Shown piece by piece: positions 25,011-39,199 of a stretch of DNA of 64,000 nucleotides (positions are counted from its first letter, which is position 1; every line of letters begins with the position of its first letter). Below the pieces are notes generated by a model, which was not told the DNA's origin, made no database searches, and was given only the letters and a program-made list of their open reading frames with translations. A program made the translations under genes and the position numbers. This DNA comes from Octopus sinensis (taxonomy: Eukaryota): assembly GCF_006345805.1 (NCBI RefSeq), contig NC_043000.1:37262001-37326000 (forward strand), given 5' to 3'.

Positions 25011-26077
25011 GAAGGTGGCTGTCATAAGTTGCTTGAAATTTGATTAAGGCTAGAAATAGATTTGAGCAATGCTGTATCATAGAAATACTCTAACTTCACG
25101 CACAATTAGCAAAAATATTATGAACACTATTGCTGATATTGTTGTTATATTCTTTAACCCTAGGTTAACCTTGATGAAACACACCAGCGATAAAAGGTAG
25201 TCTAACCATGACCAGTATATAACTAGAATTATATTAACTAATGCTTCTACTTTGTTTCAAGATGATAGGATGAGATTTTGAAAGAAATTTAGTTGTTATT
25301 TCTAGCAAGTCAAGCCACCATATAGAAAAATTTAATAATGTTTATAGTTGCTTATAATGACGATAATAAAAGTGTTAAATCCCTCAACATATTTGTAGAA
25401 CTGCAAAGGGACCATATCAAAGATTGTTTTTATATAATGTATTTCAGTCAAATCAGCTTGATGGGGCCCACTGCAATATAAGCTATATCCACAGGTGGTT
25501 TTTAATTTACTGCTAAAAGATCATAATGTTACTGTGATCCAGCTGCAACATAATATACATGAGAATAACTTTTAGCAAATGGTCCGGCAGTGAATCAATT
25601 ATACCAGCTGTGTTTCTCTAATGATGGTAGAAATGATATCTCCATACCATGACCATTTTTATTGAAATTCAAAAGCAGATAGATCAGAGATACTAACTTA
25701 ATATAATAAATAATCTAATCAAAGAAAACATAAACTTTTATGATTATAAGGCTTGGTTAGTTTTGTAATTTTTAAATAGTTTATTTAGTAGAATATATTT
25801 TTTATACTATTAGATGTGAGTGTTGTAGCTGTTGTATTTAGCCCGAATCAGCTCTGATTTGGCAGATCTATGCCCAAACATGTTCCATTCATGACCACCC
25901 CATCTTTATTTCAATACAGATGTACATTATTCCAATGCACTTTTTTTGTAAGACTGTAAGAAGTGATTTGATGGAGATTTGACTGATATTTCCAACAGAT
26001 CAAGCAAACATGTAGGACTCCCTCACTAATACATAGGTAGTGTTTTATAAGCTAGATTTACTGAGGCTAGTACATAC

Positions 26078-26254
26078 TTAACTCTTTAGCACTTAAACTG
26101 CCCATATCCAGCCCAAATATTCTACCTGTTTTATGTTCAAACTAGCCAGATCCAGCCTCTCATACCTACCCTATAAGCCATGGTAAGTTCAAAACAGTGT
26201 GAATAGATAAGCTTTACAAGTGACGACAGATTAATCCAAATGCTGAAGGGTTAA
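26078..26254. mobile_element. TTAA-flanked MITE (piggyBac-type ends), internally deleted relative to 47664
   Basis: TTAA-ctctttagca...tgctgaaggg-TTAA; interior matches 47664-47884. Confidence 0.75.
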
Positions 26255-29200
26255 AGGAACATTTCATGATATTTACAGGGTTTTGCATTTGTGTTCCTCG
26301 GGTCAAATGTGATGCAGATGACTGTGGGGTTTTTAAAAGTTTAATTCCAGTTACCTGACATTAAACAGATGAAAGATAGTCAGCTGGTCTATAAACGGTA
26401 ACAGTCTCAGGTGATCTGATACTCTTTCAAGACAGACAGGTGGAGTGAAGTAATGCAAAATAAATGGTTTTCCCCCAGGAACACCACAAAACATATACAG
26501 TGGATCTGAAATTAAGATCTGAGAACAAGCGTTCTAATAACTTAGCCACTTTGAGAGAAACAAGGTACCTTTATTAGGTTGCTTGACCTCCTACCACCTT
26601 AACAAATGAATAACACATTTGGTAGTGTAGTCCTTAATAAACTATATCTGGATAAAAGACATGATGGTCATGTCAAGAATGTCTCTGACCATAGACTTAC
26701 TTGATCAGAGCTGACTAAAAGCTAAAAAACAAGCATTCCATTTGGCCATACCACTTTTACTAGTCAGTAGATCAGTACATTCAACTTCGATAATTATATT
26801 GCTATAACCTCAGAAAATCTTTGTTAAAATGTACTGAATTAATTAGAAATGTTTTAATGGGAGTTCTCATTGATTAACAAGTCTTAAGACTACATTAGTT
26901 TATTGTTGATGTCAACAGGTGTGATTGGTTATAGCAGGTGTTCTATGACAAGATTTGTTGAGGGTGGATTGAAAAAGGAGACATGATTTGTGGAGAGAAA
27001 GAAAGAAGGAAATGGTTATATATTGAGGGAGAGAGGAGAGAGAGTGAGAGAGAGAGAGTGGGGGGAGAGAGTGAGAAAGAGTGAGAGAAAGAAATTTGAG
27101 AGGAATGAAAAGAAATATGGAGTTATGTGCATATTTCTGTGTAACTGTGTGGTATGTATGGATGTGAAAGCTAGAAAATGTATGTGTCTGGCATGTTTTT
27201 CCGATGTGGATGTGTGTGTGTATATGCACTGTGAGAGGGTGTTTTGTGGGAGGGTGTACATGTGCATGTATGCATTTGTAAGAGTGGGAGTGCAAGTGAA
27301 AACATGAGAACAACAATACGCATGGAATTTGAATATGAAAAATGCAGAGAAAGCAGATAGAGAAACTAGGAATGGGAAAATGTAAGAGAGAGAGAGAGGG
27401 AGAGAAAGAGTTGGTTCTATCCTTGTTAAACTCAGATCACTTACTCTTGTCTATTATTGTTACCGATTTTATTGACTCCAGGAGGCAAGGAAATTAGTGT
27501 GAAAGATCAAAAGAGAATGAAAAATGGAGAATGAGTGAGTGAGAGTGAAAGAAACAAATGTACATAAAAGATGAAGTTATGCAAGTGCATGTGTGTGGTG
27601 TGTGTGTGTGTGTGTGTGTTCTTTCATAAATATGTGTGTAGGTTCAGGCTTCCAATCTGAGGTAACTACTATTCCATATGTCTGTGTCTGCTGCGTTTCT
27701 GATGTATAAATTATTTATAGACTGAAATATTTACCTAACTACATAAGGGTCTATTGTGGTAATACAGGCAAGAGTGAAATAAGTACACACACACACACAC
27801 AGACTTGTAAGGGGCCACTGAGATATAACAGTGTTGTATGAAACAGTTATCCCCATAAGGATCCAAATATAAACCAATATTGCAGACTGAAACAATAGTT
27901 AATCTATATGGTGATAGTATTCAGTGAAATACAAGTTGTATCCACGTAAGAGCCCTGATAAACTGAGATCATCCCTTGTGCACTCATTGCCTGATAGAGA
28001 TGGGGGAGGAGTCGTAATCTGTGCATCATATCTTGGACATTCTAAATCTGGCAACGTCCATCCACTCCTGTTGCTTTCTTCCAACGACGAAGCTAAAGAA
28101 AGGCAGCTCAACAAAACTTGAATGGGATTTCATTTATCAACCTTGAAAGAATGAATGGCAAAGTTGACCAGCAAAACAAATTTTGTAAAGTATACAGCAA
28201 ACTACCTCAGATATCAAGATCCAATGAGATAGTGTCATCCATATGATCACTTGATCTGCTAGAAATAGAAGCTAGGTCTTCTTCACCTCATAGCAAACTA
28301 CCTTAAAACAAAAAAACTAAATAGGACACTATCAAGTTTGATGCACTATACTTGAAAATAAATTGGAATTGTTATGGCTGAAACACCTTTGATCATAGTT
28401 CTACTAACACTAGAATACTAACTTTCATATGTGACACAGCAACGAGAAAGACTCTACATAGTCAATTGATTTATGGAAAATAACTGTCAAATGTCCATCA
28501 AACCATATGGCATTGTTTGACAAAGATTACACACTGGATAACATAGCCTCAAATACAATGTGACTGAAACGAAACCTGACAGTCATGGCTTCAATGCTTT
28601 ATATCATAGATCTCTTCAATCAAAGTCAACTGCTATATTGTAGCCAAATAGGAAACCTTGAATGGTTCATCCAGACTCAATGCTTTTAAAAAGAAAAAGA
28701 AGTCTGTCTTCAAGTATAGACTATATGACACCTTATGAAAGCAACATAACTGGAGATGAAATAACTTGAGTATGCTAAGGTAACAAGCCTAAATTGCAAT
28801 GTTGGATAAAGTTTGTAAGTTTAAATGAATTATATATAATACATCATATTGAATTTAAACTTACAAAAACTTTATTTGGTCTAAACTTCTTGCTTTAGGA
28901 TACTCAAATTACTTCATCCCCAGTAAAGTTGCATAGGTAAAGTGCCATGTAATCCTTAAGCTTAAGTAAGTTTCTATATCCTGAAGTGAAGAGGTGCTGA
29001 TGTTTTTGAACTGAGCCTTCATCAGAGAGAGAAAAGAAAATTGTTTTTTCTCTTTCATATGAACTCTCAGTTTCCAAATCATCAAAGGAAAGCATGTATG
29101 ATATACCCAAACTTATACACTTCCCAAAATAATTTTCACCAATGCAAACCAGTACCATATTTCCTCAGACTCTAGATTTTAGTCCTTACAACTAGAGTAA

Positions 29201-29628
29201 GTGAATATCATGTAAGAAACTGACTATGCTCTCTGATAGGTTTATGGTTGCGCCTGGAGACCTCCTGCATTCTTTTCCTTCAGACCTTATCCCCAGCTCA
29301 CAGCTAACAGGGCAGAGACTGACGTCTGCAAGTGCAAGCCTGGTGAATCAGGATGGCTGTTCCAATGCATCTCCTTCACTATCCTCTGGAGCTTTTCCAT
29401 TTTGTATGCTGGTGCCATGAGAATGAAGTCTATGATGTCTGTGTGTGTACAGCATAGTCTATCTCATCTTTGGGAGCAACATACCATTGCAAATCTCATC
29501 TAAACTTTGAAGAGAGTTAGCAGCTGTTGAGGGCTGAAATAATTCAGAAGAGGAAACACCAGACTTTGAGATATGGTGTTTGTAATGTTAAAGATGCACA
29601 TTTGTCAGGAGAGGATAAGGCTTAGCAT

Positions 29629-29856
29629 TTAAACCTTTCATTACGAACCTGACTGAAACTAGCTCTGGCTCTGAGTACAAATGTCCTGTTTTCATAAGTT
29701 TTGAATTAAAATCTTCCACCAAATCTTAGTCACAATTTATGTTCCTAACACTAGCTGAATGATAACTAAGTTATTTTACTAAATTCTTTGTTATATTTAA
29801 AGTAATTGAAAGAAACACAGAGCATCTAAAAATAAATACAGTAACAAAAGGGTTAA
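29629..29856. mobile_element. TTAA-flanked MITE, second family
   Basis: TTAA-acctttcattac...gtaacaaaaggg-TTAA imperfect TIRs. Confidence 0.7.
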
Positions 29857-31904
29857 AGTGATTGTAAAGATTCTAGTAGTATGCTGCTCATATTTGATGG
29901 GGATGAAGAGTGCAGTAGCATTTGTGATTGTAGAGTGAATGTGTTCTTTTTGTTTTTTTATCTTTTATAAATTATGCAGTTGCTGTTGTAGGAAACAAGA
30001 TTAGCATGACTACTTTGCCTGATGTTTACAAGGTTTATATTCATGGATTTGCAGGTTACACATTAAACATATGTGAAGATATAAATGTAATACTGCAATT
30101 GGGTACTACAAATAAACCCAACTGACCCTTTATCTATCTCATGACTCAACTCCCCCAGAGATTAAAACCACAATACAAACAAGATACCCTTGAAATCCTT
30201 GTTCATACTGTATCTGAGGCATTTTATAAAAATAGCTAATAATATATTTTATTGATGAACAGTATTTGTAACCTAAATTCTTTAATATGTATCATATATG
30301 AAAATGTGAAAATGCATTTTTATTGATTATTTTGACATTTTTCTGAGTCTTTCCGAGTTCTATGATTTTCTTTATTTTTACTTTTTATTTTCTTTTTCTT
30401 CTTTTGCTGCATTTCCCCTTCTTTTTACTCTCTCTCTCTCTCTCTCTCTCTTTTTAATTCTCTCTTTGCTTTTTTCCTAATCAAGAATCAAATAGCAAAA
30501 GCAATATTCAATAACTGAGAAAGATCTAAATATAAAATAGGAAAAAAAAATAATTAAGAATAAAAATAGTATGGATATGGTAAAGGAAGATGAAGTAAAA
30601 GAACTGTAATAGAAAGAGTAGAAATTTCCTTACAAGAGTTCTATTTATAGCTTATTGAATTAGTTGCGCTCCATGGTTGATAAGAAATCAACATCAATAA
30701 TAATGATGATGATGATGATAATAATAATAATAATAATAACAATAATGATGTGAATAATCACAAAAAAAAATAATTATAATAAAAACTAACAACAATGACA
30801 ACAATAATAATAATCAACTGCAAAGATTTTATTACAAAATGTTCTCAGATTCATTCTTTCCTGTTATTTTCCTCTAGCCTTCTGTAACTATGCCCCCCCC
30901 CCCATCTACCCAGTATAATTATGCTGTGAGGGAAGCCTTATAAGATTTATCTGTAATTAATATCCATTATTTAAGCAGCGAACTAGGACTCTGAGATGAA
31001 TCTTTTTCACTCATCAATAAATTGTTAATTTTTGTTTGTTTGTGCGTGTGTGTTGTGGTGGTGGTGGTGGTAAAGAAGGTGAGTCAAATCAGGATGTGGT
31101 GTGGTTATGGTGTGAAGCATTTGTTCTTAAGTTGCAAAAATGTTTGCTAACACACACACATACACAGACATGCAAGCACACACACACAGATGGGTATTGT
31201 TTTGTTTTTTTAATTTGTTTGTGTCTGTCTTTCTTTCTTAGATAGGTATGTAATTCTAGCTAGCACAACATGGAGTGTAGATCACAACTATTAAAATTAA
31301 TGTGTTACTATTACTTTAGCCAAAGAACAGATCAGATTCATAGCTATGGTCAAGATCTTTTGTCATCATACCCATCATCATTATTATTACAGTACCTGAC
31401 CTTTTATCCAGAATTTCCAGAAATCTTGGAATACTGAACAATATTATGCAATATACTGTACCCTACATTAAGTTAACAGACCCTGCTTATGAAGCTGGTT
31501 AATTTGCATACAGTATGTTAAAAGTAGTTTTGTTTTTTTACTATTTTTTTTATATAGACTGATAAAAATTAAACATACTCTACTTCAGAATTTTATTAAT
31601 CTGTGCCTGTATCAGTTAACAAAAATCATGTTTGTTACTTTCCTTCCGTTAATTTTCATCCTGTAATCATTATACTGTATACATGGTGCACTATGATATA
31701 TTTTATGAATTTTAAGTGGATTAAAAAATATCAAACAGACCCTGCTTTAGTAGTGTATTAATTTAAATCTGTTAAAGTTGGTTTTTTACTTTTCTTACTT
31801 TATTTTATATTTTAAGTATATATTTAGGCTGTCTCCAGAAAACAGGAAAATCCAGAAAAGAATATTATTATTATTATATTATTATTATTACTATTATTAT
31901 TATT

Positions 31905-32150
31905 GAGTGAGAGAGCAGTGCATGCCATAAAAATGACACTGGTGTACAAATATACAAAACCCAATATACCCATCATGACAACCCGTGTGATAAGGATAAA
32001 CCAGACACATGATTCACAACCATATGTGTACAACATGGTGATCTCATATCAAGATAAACAGTGCATAACCTTGCAGGGGGCTCCTGTTAGAACTTTATTC
32101 TGGTCAAGTAGCCCAACCAGCTCAAAAGGTCCCTGTAGAATCTTAGGCTA
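31905..32150. mobile_element. Family C partial copy next to (TTA)n
   Basis: Reverse complement of about 8750-8975. Confidence 0.65.
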
Positions 32151-33040
32151 GTGTCTTCCACTATAGACACAGGCCTAAGATCCTACGTAGTGTGATTGAA
32201 CCTGAAACCACATTGCTGATAAGTAAACTTCTTAGCACACAGTCAGAACATCACAATAACTTATTTATCTACCCTTGCAAATGAATGTAAATATGTTTTA
32301 AGCTATGACAAACCCCTACAAACTAGGCAGTAATCTCCTTCAGGATGGGTCACCAGCCTTTTTTTATATTATATTCTGAGATGATTTGACTCCTAACATA
32401 TACGTTAACTGAAACACGTCTCTAGAATAAAGAACTTTATCCAGAAACCCAACATATTAGTCAAACTCCAGGGTGGAATAGATGACACTCATCCAATGTG
32501 TCATACAATGAGATTGAAACTAGATGTATGTGATAGAACACTTCTTAACCTCAAGCCTTTTGAACTTAAGAAAATAAGTGTTTCTTGCTAGAAACCTAAC
32601 TCACATTGGTGTAGCAAAGATATTTTTGATGCTAGAGCTCACCTTATTTAGGAGGAATGATTAGACACAGGAAATTTAGTATTCTTTCATATTTGTGCTG
32701 GCTGTTGGAGATGATGGGACTTCTCACTTGATCACTTCTCATTATGCCTCTACACCCACAGCTATTTTATCTCGAAGACTGTACCAGCACAACAAAAACT
32801 ATAATAGAATCTTATGCTTAATCTCTTAGAGCAAGTGACAAGATAACCATAAGGTATAGGTCACTAAATCTTTATTTAGAAGAACATATTTAATATCTTC
32901 TAGTAGCAAGGTACTGTTACCTTAAAAAATTTACATCTAAACAATCTCTGAAGACTAAATAATACATCCTACACTCCTATAAAAACTCACAAAATATATG
33001 CCACCATCATATCTATCTATCTATCTATATATATATATAT

Positions 33041-33441
33041 TTTCTTTTTTTTTTACTTGTTTCAGTCATTTGACTGGCCATGCTGGAGCACCACCTTTAG
33101 TCAGGCAAATCGACCCCAGGACTTATTCTTTGTAAGCCTAGTACTTATTCTATCGGTCTCTTTGGCCGAACCGCTAAGTTACGGGGATGTAAACACACCA
33201 ACATTGGTTGTCAAGCGGTGTTGGGGGTGAAAAAACACAACACACAAACATATACACACACATACACATATATATACATATATACAACGGGTTTCTTTCA
33301 GTTTCTATCTACCAAATCCACTCACAAGGCTTTGGTTGGTCTGAGGCTATAGTAGCAAACACTTACCCAAGGTGCCACGCAGTGGGACTGAACCCGGAAC
33401 CATGTGGTTTGTAAGCAAGCTACTTACCACTCAGCCACTCC
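33041..33441 (-). mobile_element. Full-length tRNA-derived SINE family B with internal TG/TA microsatellite
   Basis: RC head ggagtggctgagtggtaag...gggttcagtcccactgcgtggcacc (A/B boxes); 3' part ccagcatggccagtcaaatgactgaaac. Confidence 0.85.
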
Positions 33442-33611
33442 AAAAATATATTTAAGACGCTGTCAGTAATGTGAGAGTTAACCATGACTAGTGAAGAATT
33501 TGGTGTACAGGTGGATATATAATTACTTTATTTGTGAATTAAGGCTACCTTTGGTTTCATGTTAAGAATATACTAGTGTCTTAACACTGACACTAGGAAA
33601 TTTTTCTACTC

Positions 33612-33750
33612 TTCATTATGGCCATTTCAAGCGACCCCTTTAATTGATTAATGAAAACATTGCCTCATAGCAAATGAAAACGGTTCCTTTGCTATGATGT
33701 AATGTTTTCATTAATCAATTAAAGGAGTTGTTTGAAACGGCCATAATGAA
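33612..33750. repeat. Long near-perfect inverted repeat (63-bp arms, 13-nt loop)
   Basis: Arms 33612-33674 and 33688-33750 differ at 6 positions. Confidence 0.9.
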
Positions 33751-34054
33751 TTGATATCTGTACATCTTTGTTACTCACTTATATTTTATTTACCTACCCA
33801 GGAATTTACACTTTTCAAATATTATAGAAAGTATTTTTGTATTTTTATATAAAGTACATGTCTGTACAATGAAGAATGGATCTCTGCACTAAGTTGGGTC
33901 ATGTTATCTGCATAAATGGTAAGAATATCAAGTGCAAACATTTCTGCACAGAGTTTGATGTCCATCTGATATTGTTTGGGTGTGCAAGTCAGAAAATTAG
34001 ATCGACCTAACAAGGTGCCTCAATTTAAGTACCTAATTCAACTGAATCCTAATT

Positions 34055-34145
34055 ATGATAGATAGATAGATAGATAGATAGACACTGAGATTGATAGAGA
34101 GAGAGAGAGAGATAGATAGAGAGATAGTGAGTGAGAGAGAGAGAT
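34055..34145. repeat. (GATA)n/(GA)n microsatellite
   Basis: Directly visible. Confidence 0.9.
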
Positions 34146-35619
34146 AAATATACATATACACATTTATAAGAAAGTCTACATTTATATTTATGAAATTTGT
34201 AATTATTAGGATGTGTGATAGCATATAATAATTACATATAATAATACATATAAGCATACACACACACACAAACACACCCACACTCAAGCATGTATACATT
34301 TATACAGGATCAATGAATCAATATGTGTCAACACGCATATACATAATATACGCGCATGAATGTGTTTGTGCATGTGTGTGTGTGTGTGTGTGCGCGCGTG
34401 TATTCACAATCATTCTATTGTATCTTTTATAGATTCCTTCACCATCTCGCTACTTCTGCAAATCTTGTTTTGTTCTCTTTTATTTTCCAGATCTTTCTCT
34501 TCCATTTCTTTGATATTTCTTCAGCTCTTTGTCTTTTTCCGTAGTTTCTTTCTTCCCATATATGACACTATATTCTATATCTATCGCATTGCCAACCACC
34601 TATCTTCCTGTCTTTCATATTTCACCATTTTTATCGATATCTGACATTTACATAAAGAATATATAATGATATACAAAAGATGAACAGTAAACTTTCTCTC
34701 CAACCATTCAATTGGAAAATTCTTAATCAGAGTGTTTTCTTTCAACTAAATTTCCCTGAAGACTTTATCGGATGGAGAATTCATATCGTGCCTATAGAAA
34801 ATATTTATAACATTCTTCTCTACAACACTCAAAGAACATTAGCTGTGTTCTCAACCACTGACATAAACTCACCAACAACCCTTCCCCTTGTTCCACCTAC
34901 CTGACTAAGCAACCTGCCATCAGTCTATTGAACCAACCATCGACCATCAAAGCAGCCAACCAACCTAAAGCACCAACCACCTAACAATCGAACCATTTAC
35001 ATCATCCAGAAAAATAATCAACTAGCCATCATCCTTCTAATAAAACATTCCTGAACAGTCCAACCAACCAGCCAGCTAGCCAGTCAGCCAGTCGACCAGC
35101 CATCAAGTTAACCAACCAAGCACACACTAGTACATCAACCACTTAATACATCAATCACAATACATATCAACAACAGGTAGCACATCAGTGGGGGTTATGT
35201 CGATAATGATGATGACGATGACTAATATCATCAGCAGAAGCAGCAACAACAACAACACAGCCCCACACAGCCTACAACCACATCATTTAATAAACAATAC
35301 CAACCAACAAACAAAACCATACAAATCAGTTCTTCAAATACTACCTCAAAGGCTGATATGTGCTGCTATGTTGATAAAGTATAATGTCTGGAACAAGTTA
35401 ACTTTAATGCTTACTTAACAGTTGATAAACTCCATATTTTTTTTTCCTGTGATTGGTCTTTATATCTGAGACTACTTTAATGATTCCATTGTACAGCAAT
35501 CACCAAAATTCTATTCACCAATACTTGGTTCTTTTTATAAACCATTTGTACAGACAGACATCAGTCACAATAAATGTGTTAGAAATAACTGCTACATTTC
35601 CTAAGATACAATATAATAA

Positions 35620-35760
35620 CTGTTTCTAATTTAGGTACATGCCCAGCAATATTGAAAAGATTACATTGACCCTAGTACTTTACCGATACTTTATTTTATT
35701 GACCACAAAAGGATGAAAGACAAAGTTGACCAGAGTGAGATTTGAGCTCAGAACAAAAGA
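35620..35760 (-). mobile_element. Old SINE family D copy
   Basis: gattacattgaccctagtac...ggatgaaagacaaagttgacc...gagctcagaac. Confidence 0.55.
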
Positions 35761-37914
35761 TATGACATCACTACAGCCATACCACCTAACACCACCACAT
35801 AGCCATTTAAGAGTTATGAAGTAGAGACAGATGTTTAGTGCTTTGTCTAGTGGGCAGGGCAGAATCAGTTTCCATAGTTACTATTCAGTGACTTCAGCTA
35901 GCAGAATACAATCACAATCTCCATTCATTCATTACAGCATAATTTCTTTCACTCAAACCTTTGAGTGTGATTTTATGACAAAGAATTTTGTGCAACTATC
36001 ATCAATCATAACCTTCTGTTGGACCAAGGTAAAATGGGTAGGTAACTGGATGGCTTGTTCCTAGTTTGCGGGTAGTAGGTATAATTCATCGCCCAGTTTA
36101 ACACTGCCACCATCATCATTGTCATAATTATCACTATTCGACGTCAATGTTCCACACTGGAATAGGTTGATGCTTTGAAAGGATCTGATGGGCTGAAGGA
36201 CTGCATCATGCACTAGTGTCTGTTTAGCATGGTTTTCTTTACATCTGGATACCCTTTCTAATGCTGACCACTTTTGGCATGTACAGGGTGCCACCAACAG
36301 TATGTGGAAAATATTCAGAGCAGGTTTAATCTATGAGTAATGGGTTTTTTGTATCTCTCCAAGACCTCTGCACCATACACAGAAAGCCATAGTTGTTGGC
36401 CTTCCATCTCTGACTCTAAGCCTTGGAAAATTAAATGTGAGAAGAGGTGTAACAAATGTCTAGATAACAACATAGAGCAAAAGCAACTGTTGACAAGTAC
36501 AGGCAATAATCATAGTTTCATTGCAATGTCATCTCCCTCTGCTAGCAATGGAAACCTTTATGTGCTCACTTGACTTGTAAGAAATAACAGTTAAATCCTC
36601 TCAAATCACACTCTACTATCTTAAGAAAACAAGGGAAACACTAGGTAATGTAATCCTAGAGATTACATTAAAAAAGACAGGATGGTCACGGTTAGATTAT
36701 CTTTAATCTTGGTTCTGTTTGATTGACAACAAACTATTCACCAAAGAGTCTTGATACTCATCTATGTTCTGGTCTAAAAGCCTATATTTCCCTGTTAATG
36801 GAGGAGAATCTCTGGAAACTACCATCCCTCTTACAGTTTTTAATTTCTGATTTTTCTCTTTTATCTTCTTACCTTTATTTTTCTAATTTTTATAGTTTCC
36901 ACCACCACCACCACCACTATGTTAGTGCTTTGTGTGTTTGTATGTGTCTAGGAGGGTGTGGGAACTGTAAAGAGAGAAGCTTTTTAAGATGATTGTTAAC
37001 ATTTTGCAATGTGTTTACTTGAAGAGAGTATCAATGGAATTTGGCCGACCATTCTATAATCAGACAGAATAACTCAATGCACAGTTCAAATACAGTCTTT
37101 GATTCAGGCAAACTGGTGCATAGGGTGGGGAGGGAGGACACACACACACCCACACACACATACACACAGAACCAAACAACATCAAAAGTAACAAGTCACA
37201 TCAACAATGTAATATTTTATTTCCTTCTCTCTCACACCTCTTGCTCACCCTTCATTTAACACATCCTTTTTCTCTGAGCTAACCCCTACTACCAACCCAA
37301 TCCATGCTCTTCTCACCAACCCATATTAGTTCCCTGTTCCTTCTCCTTACTCTTCACTTTTCTCCAACAGGTTTTATTCATGAATTGATATATTCATTTG
37401 AATGGAAATAAAAAGGGCGAATAGGGTAAGGAGAAGGTATGGGAGAAGAAAAGGTAGAAGAGGGAAGGGTTAGCGAGAAACAGGTGAAACAAAACACAGA
37501 ACAAGAAAAAATAACAACACATCTCATCCATATGATGATGGTGACAATGCTAATGATGATCACCATCACCACCACTATCACCACCATCACCACTATTACC
37601 ACCATCACAACTACAACCAGAGCTATCATCGCCATCACTATTTTACTGTCTGATATACAATGCATCAAATAAAGTCTTAACTAAACAAAAATATTTGTAG
37701 TTAATTTTTGAAGCTATTATTATATTTTTGTTTTTATTAGGAATTTCCGAATGCTATATTGTTTCCAAAATTTATAAATTTAGCTAACAAAGCTTTGTCT
37801 GAGCATATACGCCACATTTTAACAAACAGACAAAGCATTGAATGATCATAAATATAGGCCAAATTGTACTAAATATAGATGAAATACTAAATATGTTATT
37901 TCATAGTACCTATC

Positions 37915-38070
37915 TCTTGTGAGTTAGGGCTTTGGGCTCATGATCAGAAGATCATTGATTCAATTCCTGGAATAGACGGCATGTTGTGTCCTTGTACAGG
38001 CGCTTAATTTTGTGTTACTCCAGTCTGTTCATCTGAATATGAATACCTACCTAGTACTGGTGTAGCCCAG
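37915..38070 (+). mobile_element. Diverged tRNA-derived SINE (CAT-loop head)
   Basis: gttagggctttgggctcatgatc...gattcaattcctgg tRNA-like head. Confidence 0.45.
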
Positions 38071-39199
38071 TCATTTGCTCTGCTGTTGCATCCTTGATGT
38101 TGTGATAAGTCAAGGTGTGAGGGCCAAGAAGGTATCTGCATCTATTCATGACTTCATAAGCACCTAAAACAATAAGGATGGTACTTGCTACCAAGTCATA
38201 AGTTGCTTGAAAGTGTGACTTGGTAGCATGCTTGCTAGTAAAACTATGGATGGAGTACCTATTAGAACAGAAACATAGTAACTGTTAGAACTGTAATATA
38301 AGCTCAAGGTCGATGTTGTTGACAAAAGACTTCTGATGGAACCTTTCCACAGGAAAAGGTTAATTCAGTCCTTGTTACCCAACTCTACCAAAGTGTACAG
38401 GTTAAGGGGCAAAATGCTTGTGACCATAAAATACTTTTTGATAATACAGACAAGTTTCCAACTTTGGATGGCATCAGTCACTACCAGAAGAGCTTGCAAT
38501 AACTCTCATTAGCTCTTGTAGTACCTCTGAGTAGCTCTTTCAGTTTCTGTATAGGGCAGAATATTTCTGATATTTATTTTACCTAATAAATCTTAATAAT
38601 AGATTATCTTGGTTTATGGAATGTTAGCAGAGTAGAAAATTGTTGATGTTTAACCACAGATCAGTTATGATCAATGTATGATAAAATATCATCTAGATAT
38701 GACTTTCTTGTCTCATTCTTACATACATTATCCAATGTATCTTTCCACTTCTAAAATGGCAGGGAGTGATCGGAGTGGGTTTTGGTTACTATTTCTGGTA
38801 GATCAAATAACCACTTTGAACTTTCTCACTGGTTCACAGAGTAGCAGATGTTATAGAATGGTAGAGGAATAGGACTGTAAATTGTTGTATTCATTTACAT
38901 CTTACATCCCTCTGTTTTGAGTTCAAATACTTCAAATACTTCCACTGTTTTGAGTTCAAATACTTCCAGTAGGAATAGGGTGAGGAGTGGGGTAATGAAA
39001 TAAATTACCAGGTATGTATAGAAAGAGTCTCTATGTAGTTAGTTAACCGGCTGGAAAGAGCAGCCAAACTCTCAAATCACACTGTAATGTCTTTAAAAAT
39101 GAGAAAGACAGGTATGCAAAAAGATGAAATTGTTGTAGCTGGATTGTCTTTAATTAAAAGATGTTTGGGCTAAATTTAACATTTCGTATAAAAGGATAA

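Noticed and set aside
31470-31800. Two ~70-bp diverged direct repeats starting aacagaccctgctt
   Set aside because: Short, AT-rich and diverged; no termini or other structure to assign.
37340-37431. Plus-strand acceptor with a 55-nt segment and a GTAAGG donor
   Set aside because: Stops in all three frames; lies in low-complexity pyrimidine/purine tracts.
38186-38228. 13-bp perfect inverted repeat with a 17-nt spacer
   Set aside because: The stem does not extend and is too short for a miRNA precursor; probably part of a decayed repeat.
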